Shown here: positions 49,343-56,858 of the stretch, piece by piece
Position numbering within the stretch: the first letter of the stretch is position 1
Layout: every line of letters starts with the position of its first letter
DNA from: an uncultured Actinomycetes bacterium
Lineage (GTDB): Bacteria > Actinomycetota > Thermoleophilia > Gaiellales > Gaiellaceae
DNA: 64,000 nucleotides
Direction of reading: 5' to 3'
NCBI GenBank assembly: GCA_963784175.1
Contig: CAWAQJ010000018.1
Location: 179,216-243,215 of the forward strand
Position numbers and translations under genes: made by a program
The notes under the pieces: model-generated
What the model saw: the letters and a program-made list of their open reading frames with translations, nothing else
Told to the model about the DNA's origin: nothing
Databases searched by the model: none

Positions 49343-49376
49343 GGGTTCCCGGCCTCCGGTGTAGGCTCCGGTCGCG

Positions 49377-50258
49377 ATGGCTGACCTCGACCCGAAGACC
49401 GAAAAGCGGATCGAGGATCCCGTTCCGCAGGAGGTCGAGCGCGAGGCGCTGCTCACGCCCTCGCAGGCGATCGAGCGCATGCGCATCAGGGTCCCGCCGC
49501 GGGCGAACAAGAAGCTCCGCGTCCTCGTCGAGCGCGTGAACGCGGACCCGCAGCTCAAGGCCTGGTGGCACGTCGCCAACGTCAACGCGGTCAAGCGGCT
49601 GCAGATCAACGACCACTCCTGGGTGCACATCCAGATCGTGGCCAACCTCGCCCTCAAGCTCCTGCGCCAACTGGCCAAGCACGACGTCGAGCCCGGCATG
49701 GTCAAGGACTACGGGATGAGCCAGGACGACGCCGAGATCGTCGTCGCGCTCGGCGCCTTCCTGCACTGCATCGGGATGGCCGTCCACCGCGAGCGCCACG
49801 AGGACTGGAGCCTCTTCCTGGCCGAGCCGAAGATGTACGAGCTCCTCGACGGCGTCTACGAGGAGCCGGAACTCACCGTGGTCGCGTCCGAGGTGCTCCA
49901 GGCGATCACGAGCCACCGCGAGGACGGCCGGCCGCTCACGCTCGAGGCCGGCGTCATCCGCGTCGCGGACGCGCTGGACATGGCCGAGGGCCGCTCCCGC
50001 ATCCCCTTCCAGCACGGGCGCGTCTCCATCCACTCGCTGTCGGCGGCTGCGATCGAGGGCGTCGAGATCAAGGACGGCGAGGTCGCGCCCGTCCTCATCG
50101 AGATCACCATGAACAACTCGTCCGGCATCTATCAGGTCGACGAGCTCCTGAAGGCGAAGCTGCGCGGCTCCGGGCTCGAGCCGTACGTCGAGGTGGTCGC
50201 ACACATCGACACCGAGGCCGAGAAGCGCCTCATCCCGCTCTACCGGCTCGAGCTCTGA
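49377..50258 (+). CDS. HD-domain metal-dependent phosphohydrolase
   Basis: 293 aa. DHSWVHIQIV ... FLHCIGMAVHRERHE ... IRVADALD resembles an HD-domain His/Asp pattern. Confidence 0.7.
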   Translation: MADLDPKTEKRIEDPVPQEVEREALLTPSQAIERMRIRVPPRANKKLRVLVERVNADPQLKAWWHVANVNAVKRLQINDHSWVHIQIVANLALKLLRQLAKHDVEPGMVKDYGMSQDDAEIVVALGAFLHCIGMAVHRERHEDWSLFLAEPKMYELLDGVYEEPELTVVASEVLQAITSHREDGRPLTLEAGVIRVADALDMAEGRSRIPFQHGRVSIHSLSAAAIEGVEIKDGEVAPVLIEITMNNSSGIYQVDELLKAKLRGSGLEPYVEVVAHIDTEAEKRLIPLYRLEL

Positions 50259-50284
50259 GACCGGTCGCGGCGCGGTCGTGCGGC

Positions 50285-50290
50285 TACAAT
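50285..50290 (+). promoter_or_regulatory. possible -10 box (TACAAT) for tRNA-Gln
   Basis: TACAAT lies 11 nt upstream of the mature tRNA 5' end. No convincing -35 box was seen. Confidence 0.25.
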
Positions 50291-50301
50291 GCCCGGGCCG
50301 T

Positions 50302-50372
50302 TGCGGGGTCGTCTAACGGTAGGACGCCCGGCTCTGGACCGGGTAGTCAAGGTTCGAATCCTTGCCCCGCAG
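50302..50372 (+). tRNA. tRNA-Gln (anticodon CTG)
   Basis: Hand-folded. Acceptor tgcgggg/ccccgca. D arm gtct..ggac. Anticodon stem cccgg/ccggg with loop ctCTGga. T arm caagg-ttcgaat-ccttg. Discriminator g. CCA is not encoded. Confidence 0.9.
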
Positions 50373-50378
50373 CCTTGT

Positions 50379-50404
50379 AAAAGCCCCGCTCAGGCGGGGT
50401 TTTT
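50379..50404. terminator. bidirectional intrinsic terminator (A4-hairpin-T5)
   Basis: aaaa gccccgc tcag gcggggt ttttt. It lies between tRNA-Gln (+) and the stop of the convergent 50404..50859 gene. Confidence 0.75.
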
Positions 50405-50859
50405 CACGTACTGGGAGCGAGGCCCCGGCTGCGCTCATACACGGCGATGAAGTCGTCCACCGAGGTCCGGGCGAGCGCCTCGCCGACGACGTCGAGGGCG
50501 AGGTCGTCGAGTTGGCGGAAGCGCACGCAGCTCTTCCCCATGTCCAGCCTCTTGCCGGTCTCCGCCCAGCGCTCGCGGAACCATGAGCTCTCCCCGTCGT
50601 CGCCGTAGATCCCCATCAGGTAGAGGGACAGATGACGCTTCTGGCTCGCCAGCGCGGCGACACCGAGGGGCTGGCCGTTGTACGTGACCGGATAGCGCTC
50701 GAGCGGGACGTAGTAGCCGATCATCCCGTACTGCATCCCCTCCTCGAAGCCGGCCGGAAGGTGCTCGAGGATGACTGCGCGGACCGCCTCGACGATCCCG
50801 CGCCTGTCCTCCGGCAGCTCGGCCAGATACGCCCGGACGCTGGCGGCATCGCTCTGCAT
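50404..50859 (-). CDS. DUF1801 (YdhG-like) domain protein
   Basis: 151 aa. VRAYLAELPEDRRGIVEAVRAVILEHLP ... the pattern is typical of DUF1801. Assigned from memory. Confidence 0.65.
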   Translation of the reverse strand: MQSDAASVRAYLAELPEDRRGIVEAVRAVILEHLPAGFEEGMQYGMIGYYVPLERYPVTYNGQPLGVAALASQKRHLSLYLMGIYGDDGESSWFRERWAETGKRLDMGKSCVRFRQLDDLALDVVGEALARTSVDDFIAVYERSRGLAPST

Positions 50860-50944
50860 CGCGGCGCGAGCCTAGCCGACGGTGCGGCGGCTCACGGAAG
50901 GTGTGACAATCGGCCTCCACAGAGCCGACAGAAGGGAGACACAG

Positions 50945-51331
50945 ATGGGCACCCAGCTCCGGGGATGGCGCTCGTTCGCGGGCATCATCTTCTACGTCGT
51001 CGGGGCGTTCAACATCATTGGAGGCCTCGCCGCCGTCTTCAAGGACGAGTTCTTCATCGCCAACGACGACCAGCTCCTCGTCGTCGACTACACCGCCTGG
51101 GGCTGGTTCCTCTTCATCCTCGGCGTCATCCAGCTGATCGTCGGCGCCGGCATCCTCAAGAACCGCAGCTGGGCGCGTGGAGTCGGCGTCGTGCTCGCGA
51201 TGCTGAGCGCGGTCATGCACATCGCCTTCCTCGTCGCGTTCCCGATCTTCGGTCTCCTCACGATTTCGCTCTCGATCGCGGTGGTGTACGGGCTGGTCGT
51301 GCCGTCCGACCCGGACGAAGCCCGCGTGTAG
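50945..51331 (+). CDS. small integral membrane protein (four hydrophobic segments)
   Basis: ATG at 50945 is preceded by AAGGGAG. MGTQLRGWRSFAGIIFYVVGAFNIIGGLAAVF... 128 aa. Confidence 0.6.
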   Translation: MGTQLRGWRSFAGIIFYVVGAFNIIGGLAAVFKDEFFIANDDQLLVVDYTAWGWFLFILGVIQLIVGAGILKNRSWARGVGVVLAMLSAVMHIAFLVAFPIFGLLTISLSIAVVYGLVVPSDPDEARV

Positions 51332-51342
51332 CGAGCCGACGG

Positions 51343-52076
51343 ATGGGCGGCGGCCTTCGGCTGGGGCCTGCTCGCAGCCTCGTCGCTGCTGATCGGCGGT
51401 CTGCTCGTCCTGCGCGTGAACGTGGGCGACCGCCTGCTCGGGCTGATCATGGCCTTCGGCGCCGGCGTGCTGATCAGCGCGGTCGCCTACGAGCTCGTCG
51501 AGGAGGCGTTCTCGACGAGCAAGGGCGCGGGTGGCATCGCCCTGGGTCTTCCGGCCGGCGCGCTCGTCTTCTTCCTCGGCGACGAGGTCATCGACCGCAT
51601 GGGCGGGTCGGAGCGCAAGAGCATGACCGGAAAACAGGAGTCCGGGGTGGCGCTCGCGATCGTCCTCGGCATCATCCTGGACGGCATCCCGGAGTCGGCG
51701 GTCATCGGGCTCACGCTGCTCCAGGGCGGGAGCGTCGGTGTCGCGATGCTCGTCGCGGTCTTCCTCTCCAACTTGCCGGAGGCGATCGCGGCGACAACCG
51801 GGCTCCGCGTGGCAGGCTGGTCCGACGCGGAACGTCCTCGGCCTGTGGGTCGTCGTCATGCTCGTCTCCGCCCTGGCGTCCCTCGCCGGCTATGGGCTCT
51901 TCGGCGACGCCTCGCCGAGCACGATCGCGTTCGTGCTCTCGTTCGCGGCCGGCGCCATCCTGACGATGCTGGCCGACACGATGATGCCCGAGGCCTTCGC
52001 GCGCGGCGGGAAGATGGTCGGCCTGGCGACGACGCTCGGCTTCGGGCTCGCGTTCGCGATCTCCGCGCTCGAATAG
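51343..52076 (+). pseudogene. ZIP family metal transporter, reading frame broken (one clear break, probably two)
   Basis: Track ORF 51416..52093 reads GLIMAFGAGVLISAVAYELVEEAF ... LDGIPESAVIGL ... FLSNLPEAIAATTGLRVAGWS. It then continues in the +1 frame (track ORF 51738..52076): NVLGLWVVVMLVSALASLAGYG ... AAGAILTMLADTMMPEAF. The first TM helix (AAAFGWGLLAASSLLIGGLLVL) has no in-frame start; the only ATG (51343) is one frame off. 734 nt = 3n+2. Confidence 0.7.
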
Positions 52077-52726
52077 GCCCGGACCAAAGATGACCCGCGC
52101 CGGAGCACGATTGCGGCCCTCGATGTCGGCCGCGTCTAAGGTGGCGCTCCCCGCGGGTCGAGGGCAGTGTCCCGCTCGCGTTGCGCCGCGTCAACCCAAC
52201 CGCACGCTTCCCCCTTCCTGGGCACGCCGCGGCGCTCGAGCCGGGCGATCCTGTGAGTGTCGGGGTCAGCCAGGCGGCCCCGTCAGGGAGGGTCGCGTCG
52301 GGCCGTAGCTCGCGACCGTTCCGCGGGGGCGGGGCCCCCAGCGGCGTCGCCCCCACCGTTACTCCGAACTTTGGGCTAGGTAAACCCTCGACCCTGGCGC
52401 GTTGTCGCGCCCCTGCGCCGTGTGAGATAAGCGTCCCGTTCCCGAGCACCCTTCGGGATTCGCCGCGTGAGGGGAGCACGGCGGAAGGACTCGGGCACGA
52501 TAGGGAGGCTCGGCGTTCGGGCCGCAGGACGCCGGGCCTCCTTCTGCCCAGTTTCTGGAAACGTGCGCGACACCCTTGAATTCACATGCACGAATCCGCA
52601 CAATCCTCCCTGCGCACGAAGGCTTTGGGTCATCTGTCCGAAGCGAGCGCAGCGGAGAGGTCGGCGGCCCGGCCTCTCTCGCTACGAGGTGGACGTTTCG
52701 AGCGATCGGCTACTCTGTCCCCCGAC

Positions 52727-52799
52727 GGCGCATTCGTCTAGTGGCCTAGGACGCCGCCCTCTCACGGCGGTAGCACGGGTTCGAATCCCGTATGCGCCT
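52727..52799 (+). tRNA. tRNA-Glu (anticodon CTC)
   Basis: Hand-folded. Acceptor ggcgcat/atgcgcc. D arm gtct..ggac. Anticodon stem ccgcc/ggcgg with loop ctCTCac. T arm acggg-ttcgaat-cccgt. Confidence 0.9.
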
Positions 52800-52805
52800 T
52801 TTATG

Positions 52806-52831
52806 AAAAGCCCCGCTCAGGCGGGGTTTTC
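52806..52831. terminator. bidirectional intrinsic terminator, 25 nt identical to the one after tRNA-Gln
   Basis: aaaagccccgctcaggcggggtttt at 52806-52830 equals 50379-50403 exactly. Confidence 0.7.
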
Positions 52832-52889
52832 TTTATCTACAGCTGATCGCTCCACAACTCACGGAGGACCACAGAGACGCTCCGAGGCG

Positions 52890-52916
52890 CACGATTGGCA
52901 CACGATTGGCACACGG
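52890..52916. repeat. tandem 11-mer CACGATTGGCA x2.4 near the left islet end
   Basis: cacgattggca cacgattggca cacgg read directly, ~90 nt inside the left direct repeat. Confidence 0.8.
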
Positions 52917-53139
52917 CCTCAGGTGTGGCGAGACGCTCGTCCAACTGCGCAAGTCCGCGCCCGGCGTCTCGGTAGTCGAGCGCGCCTTCTTCAGAACCGA
53001 CGTCCTGGCCCACGCCCTGACCCAGCTCAGGCTACGACCCGGCCGGCCGGGTGCCTAGATGGCCGATGTAGTCCCATCTCGTCATGCCGAAGAGCCCTAA
53101 GGCTTGGCTCGTCGAAGGCGCAAAACGGGCTGGAACGTC

Positions 53140-53170
53140 AGAGGGGAGCGGCCCTGGGCCGCTCCCCTCT
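53140..53170 (-). terminator. 14-bp perfect hairpin downstream of the islet cargo gene (no U-tract)
   Basis: agaggggagcggcc ctg ggccgctcccctct, 27 nt past the stop at 53197. Confidence 0.5.
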
Positions 53171-53196
53171 CGAGCGTGGATGGGTTGAAGCGTCTA

Positions 53197-54554
53197 CTAG
53201 CTGAGGCGGAACAGGGCCGTGTGGTCGACCCCGTCGCCGAGATCGACGCTCAGCGTCTTGCATGACCCCGCATAGCTCTTCGGCACCTTCCACTCGAACT
53301 GGTATTCGCCGTTGCCTCGATTCTGCAGGGTCCCCGACTCGCTCGGCAGGTCGGGAGTCACCCCGGCGTTGCAGTCGAGCGAGGTCGCCGTGACCTCGAC
53401 CGAGGTGAGGTCGGTGACCGGACCGTTTGCATTGCTCACGCTGAACCTGAGCGGGACCGGCTTTCCTGTCCCCGCCTTCCTGTCGTTCAGCGCCGGCGGA
53501 TTGGCGATCGGGTTGGAGAAGCCGGTGAAGGCGTACACGACCTCGTAGCTCGCCTGCGCCGTGGTCACGTTGCCCGCCCTGTCGGTCGCCGTGCAGGTGA
53601 CCGCATGCGTGCCCAGCGTCGACGTGTCGACCGGGCCGCAGCCCGTGTTCGCCGTGTCGATCAGGGAGAGCGCATCCGTCGCGTTCGCGGCCGCAGTCGC
53701 GACCGAACCTTGCACGAGCACGTTCGTCGGGCTGATGGTGGGGGCGAGCGCCGGCGGAGTGCTGTCGTACCTCCAGGACACGCTGCTGAACCCCAGCAGC
53801 CCGGCCTGGTTGCGGCAGCCGGCCTGCGAGCCGCTCGAGTTGGTGTTGGTGCTAACCGTCATCGGTGACGGGGTCGCAAACGGGGGGTTGCCAAAACCAC
53901 AGTTCTGGATCCCCGAGTGAACGTCTTGGCCCGTCACTGTGAACGTTACGGGGCTCTTGTACCAGCCGAACGCGTTCGGGGAACTCGACCTATTGACGAC
54001 CACGTTTTGCGGCGCCGACGTGTCGATCCTGAACGTCCTGAAGTCAAACTCCGTGCCCCAGGGCAGCCACTCAGTGATGTCATCGCACCACCTACCAAAG
54101 GGTCCCAAGTCGTGGCAGTCGTCGAAGAACATCCGCTCGTAACTTGCGGTGCACGCTCCTGACACGCCCGCAAACGTCGTGTCGCCGCCGAACGCGACCC
54201 CAATCTGCACGGGGATAAAGGGGTTGCCTGGAATAAACGGGAACGACGACTCATCCCAAGGCGTCCACGAAAAGGTCGGCGAACCCTCGCACTCGAGTGC
54301 GCTGAGCCGCTCGTGATAGTAGCCATTGATGTTGAAGCTGCCCAGCCCGTCGACATCAAATGCGAACGAGCCCGAGACGTTCTGTGTGTACCACCCGTTC
54401 GAACCGTTCGGAGAAGGAAAGAAGGAGAACGCAACACCCTTCGCACTCGCATTACCGGCGCCCAGAAACCGGCGACGGCAACCACCGCCACGACCACCGC
54501 CATCCGGCGACCGAGCCGTCCGGTTAGAGCGCGTGGGAAGCTAGTCCGAGGCAT
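53197..54554 (-). pseudogene. secreted Ig-like/HYR-like repeat protein, frame broken once just after the signal peptide
   Basis: ATG at 54554 gives MPRTSFPRALTGRLGRRMAVVVAVVAVAGFWAP (signal peptide). The -1 frame then reads GAGNASAKGVAFSFFPSPNGSNGWYTQNVSGSF... and runs without a start codon into track ORF 53197..54210 (GWYKSPVTFTVTGQDVHSGI; THAVTCTATDRAGNVTTAQASYEVVY). 1358 nt = 3n+2. Confidence 0.7.
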
Positions 54555-54766
54555 GCGCCCCCGACCCCTTCGGGAATCAAAAAAAGTCAACTGGTAGTCC
54601 TCACTCCCCCCATGGGAACGTCCATTTGGCGTCCGTCTCGCTTAGGCGAGGGCGAGGAGGTCACCGACGATACAGTCGAGGCAGGGAAAGGCAATAGGCC
54701 GTGTGGCCCATTGACAAAGGGCTGGCCATGGCCTATCAGCCTCAGCCGGGACGGGGCCGCACTCGG

Positions 54767-54790
54767 CCTGATTGGCGCACGATTGGCACG
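54767..54790. repeat. tandem 11-mer (CCTGATTGGCG CACGATTGGCA) near the right islet end
   Basis: Same motif and orientation as 52890-52916, ending ~45 nt before the right direct repeat. Confidence 0.7.
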
Positions 54791-54833
54791 CGCGGAAGCC
54801 CGGATAGCTCCGATGCCGCAATTCATGCGGCGC

Positions 54834-54883
54834 GACGCCGCCCTCTCACGGCGGTAGCACGGGTTCGAATCCCGTATGCGCCT
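54834..54883 (+). repeat. partial tRNA-Glu copy (3' 50 nt), attR-like
   Basis: gacgccgccctctcacggcggtagcacgggttcgaatcccgtatgcgcct is identical to 52750-52799. It lacks the 5' acceptor and D arm, so it is not a functional tRNA. Confidence 0.9.
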
Positions 54884-55055
54884 CTAGCCCCTTCGCTCTC
54901 ACGCGAGATCCGCCTGGTAGAGCGAATCACCTGTACGGGACGACACGAATGCGCGCCGCGTGTACGCCGCTCGACCCTTTCCGTTCTCGTTTGAAATCGG
55001 TGGGCGACACCCGCGAAAATCACCGTCGCCGTCCCGTCAACGAAAGGGGTCTTTC

Positions 55056-55751
55056 GTGAGCTCAGACCAGAAGGCTGCGCGCGTTTTCGGTGTGCTGTTC
55101 CTCATCACGTTCGTGACGTCGATCTCGGCGCTGGCTCTGTTCCAGTCAGTTCTTGACGATCCGGCCGCGTACATCGCCGGGGGCGGGAAGGACAACCAGC
55201 TCTACCTGGGAGCCTTCCTGGAGCTTCTTCTCATCCTCGCGAACGTCGGAACCGCGGTTGTCCTCTATCCGATCGTGAGGAGACAGAACGAGTTCCTCGC
55301 CATCGGCTACGTCGCCGCTCGAATCATCGAATGCGTCTTCCTTGCCGCCGGGATCATCTTCGTGCTCGGGGTCGTGAGCCTGCGCCAGGACTCCCCGGAT
55401 GCGGCCGACCTCGCCGTCTCGCTCGCGCAGCTCAAGGACTGGACGTTCCTGTTCGGCCCCGGACTCATCGTCCCCTTTGGGAACGGGCTGATCCTCGGCT
55501 ACCTGATGTACAAGTCCGGTCTCGTCCCGCGGTGGATGCCCTGGCTCGGAATGATCGGAGGGCCGCTCCTCCTGATCGGGAACGTAGGCGTGCTCTTCGA
55601 CGTGTGGGACCCAACCGGCCCGGCGGGACTCCTGGTCGCCCCCGAGTTCCTGTGGGAGCTGTTCCTCGGGATCTACGCAGCCGTGTGGGGATTCAAGGCG
55701 TCGTCGCCGATCCTCAGGGACGATCGGCGCACCGTCACGCAAACGGCCTGA
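55056..55751 (+). CDS. DUF4386-like integral membrane protein
   Basis: GTG at 55056 is preceded by GAAAGGGG. 231 aa with multiple TM segments. The family name is from memory. Confidence 0.6.
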   Translation: MSSDQKAARVFGVLFLITFVTSISALALFQSVLDDPAAYIAGGGKDNQLYLGAFLELLLILANVGTAVVLYPIVRRQNEFLAIGYVAARIIECVFLAAGIIFVLGVVSLRQDSPDAADLAVSLAQLKDWTFLFGPGLIVPFGNGLILGYLMYKSGLVPRWMPWLGMIGGPLLLIGNVGVLFDVWDPTGPAGLLVAPEFLWELFLGIYAAVWGFKASSPILRDDRRTVTQTA

Positions 55752-56029
55752 CTCGCGTCTCCGCCGGGATACCGCCACTTGTTCATGCTCGATGAGTCGA
55801 AGTCTCCCTGACGGAAACTTCCATCACCGGCTGGCCCGGCTCGGGCGTGCCCGCAGCGTGCCCCCTCCATGGTCCCTCGACCGGCGCAACCCGCGACCTG
55901 GCCGCGCCCCGGCGTGGTGAGGCTCGCGACTCGGCTGGGATCCCCCGAATGAGGCACTTGAGTGCGCATTGCAGCCGATACCAACCTTGAGCCACTGCAC
56001 GCTTACGCATCGAAAGGAAGGTTTCGCAC

Positions 56030-56422
56030 ATGATTCAGAGGCTCAGGAATCGGATCACCGCCTCCGAGCGCGAGGGTGGTTTCACCCTGATCGAGCTCCT
56101 GGTCGTGATCATCATCATCGGGATCCTGCTCGCCATCGCCATCCCGTCGTATCTGAGCTTCCGCGCCCGCGCGGAGCGCTCGGCCGCACAGGCGAACGTG
56201 CGGTCCACACTCCCGGGCGTCGAGGCCTACTACGCCGACCACACGGCCACCGGCTATTCCGGGCTCACGCTCGCGAAGCTCCAGGCGTCCTACGACGCCG
56301 GCATCAAGAACGTCACGGTCGTTCGGGCGACGCCCGCCTCGTTCTGCGTCCAGAGCGTCGTCGGCCAGGCCACGTACAAGAAGTCCGGCCCGGCCGCGGA
56401 CATCACGTCCGGCGCCTGCTAA
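56030..56422 (+). CDS. type IV pilin / pseudopilin with prepilin-type N-terminal cleavage-methylation motif
   Basis: EREGGFTLIELLVVIIIIGILLAIAIPSY is a class III signal (G/FTLIE). 130 aa with a C-terminal Cys pair. A strong SD (GAAAGGAAGG) is present. Confidence 0.85.
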   Translation: MIQRLRNRITASEREGGFTLIELLVVIIIIGILLAIAIPSYLSFRARAERSAAQANVRSTLPGVEAYYADHTATGYSGLTLAKLQASYDAGIKNVTVVRATPASFCVQSVVGQATYKKSGPAADITSGAC

Positions 56423-56443
56423 GCAGACGTTGGGACAAGCACG

Positions 56444-56477
56444 AAAGGGCGCGTAAGACGCGCCCTTTTGCTTTTTT
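56444..56477 (+). terminator. intrinsic terminator after the pilin gene
   Basis: aaagggcgcg taaga cgcgcccttt followed by tgctttttt. Confidence 0.8.
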
Positions 56478-56549
56478 CGACCCAAGGGTCGTGAACGGGG
56501 GAGGCAAATCGTAGGATGGCTCACCAGCCACCGAGCGAGGGAGAAGGCC

Positions 56550-56849
56550 ATGATCATTCGCGTCTTCAGGCCGACGATCCAACCCGGTATGGAGAATGAG
56601 TTTGAGTCGTTCCTACAGGAGACGGCCGTGCCGCTTGTATCGCAGCAATCAGGGATCGTCGCTCAGCATGTGGGCAGGCCGCTTGACCCATCCTCTACCG
56701 AGTACCTGTACATAACGGTCTGGGAGGACGTCGAGTCGATCCGCGCCTTCGCCGGCGAACGCTGGCAGGAGGCCGTGATCGATCCGGACGAGGAACACCT
56801 CCTCAAGAGCACCTGGATCCAGCACTACGAGACACTCGACGACTCGTGA
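56550..56849 (+). CDS. antibiotic-biosynthesis-monooxygenase (ABM/Dabb) fold protein
   Basis: 99 aa. MIIRVFRPTIQPGMENEFESFL ... YITVWEDVESIRAF is the typical ferredoxin-like ABM pattern. Confidence 0.65.
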   Translation: MIIRVFRPTIQPGMENEFESFLQETAVPLVSQQSGIVAQHVGRPLDPSSTEYLYITVWEDVESIRAFAGERWQEAVIDPDEEHLLKSTWIQHYETLDDS

Positions 56850-56858
56850 TCGTGGGGC

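Larger units (their letters stand above)
52750..54883 (+). mobile_element. putative integrated islet (or remnant) at tRNA-Glu, bounded by 50-nt exact direct repeats; no integrase
   Basis: 52750-52799 (the 3' 50 nt of tRNA-Glu) equals 54834-54883 exactly, in the same orientation, with unrelated flanks. The interior holds one cargo gene and repeats, and is visibly less GC-rich. Confidence 0.5.

Noticed and set aside
52478-52512. gcggaaggactcgggcacgatagggaggc resembles the RNase P RNA P4 5' strand (GAGGAAAGUCCGGGCUCCAUAGGGC).
   Set aside because: None of the other universally conserved RNase P regions could be found on either strand within the 650-nt gap. Missing elements include GGUAACGCC, ACAGAA..CCGGCUUA and the complementary P4 3' strand.
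50373-52726. Possible second genomic island integrated at tRNA-Gln. The genes are accessory-looking and the same terminator appears as at the tRNA-Glu islet.
   Set aside because: No direct repeat of the tRNA-Gln 3' end (ccttgccccgca) was found downstream, and no integrase is present. Evidence is limited to the shared terminator, which is reported separately.
52890-54790. CRISPR-like array.
   Set aside because: There are only 2-2.4 contiguous copies of an 11-mer at two sites 1.9 kb apart, with no spacers and no cas genes. No repeat-spacer periodicity is present anywhere in the window.
56003-56557. 184-aa minus-strand ORF overlapping the pilin gene.
   Set aside because: It is antisense to a gene with an unmistakable prepilin signal, SD and terminator. 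Its product is Arg/Gly-rich with no motifs.
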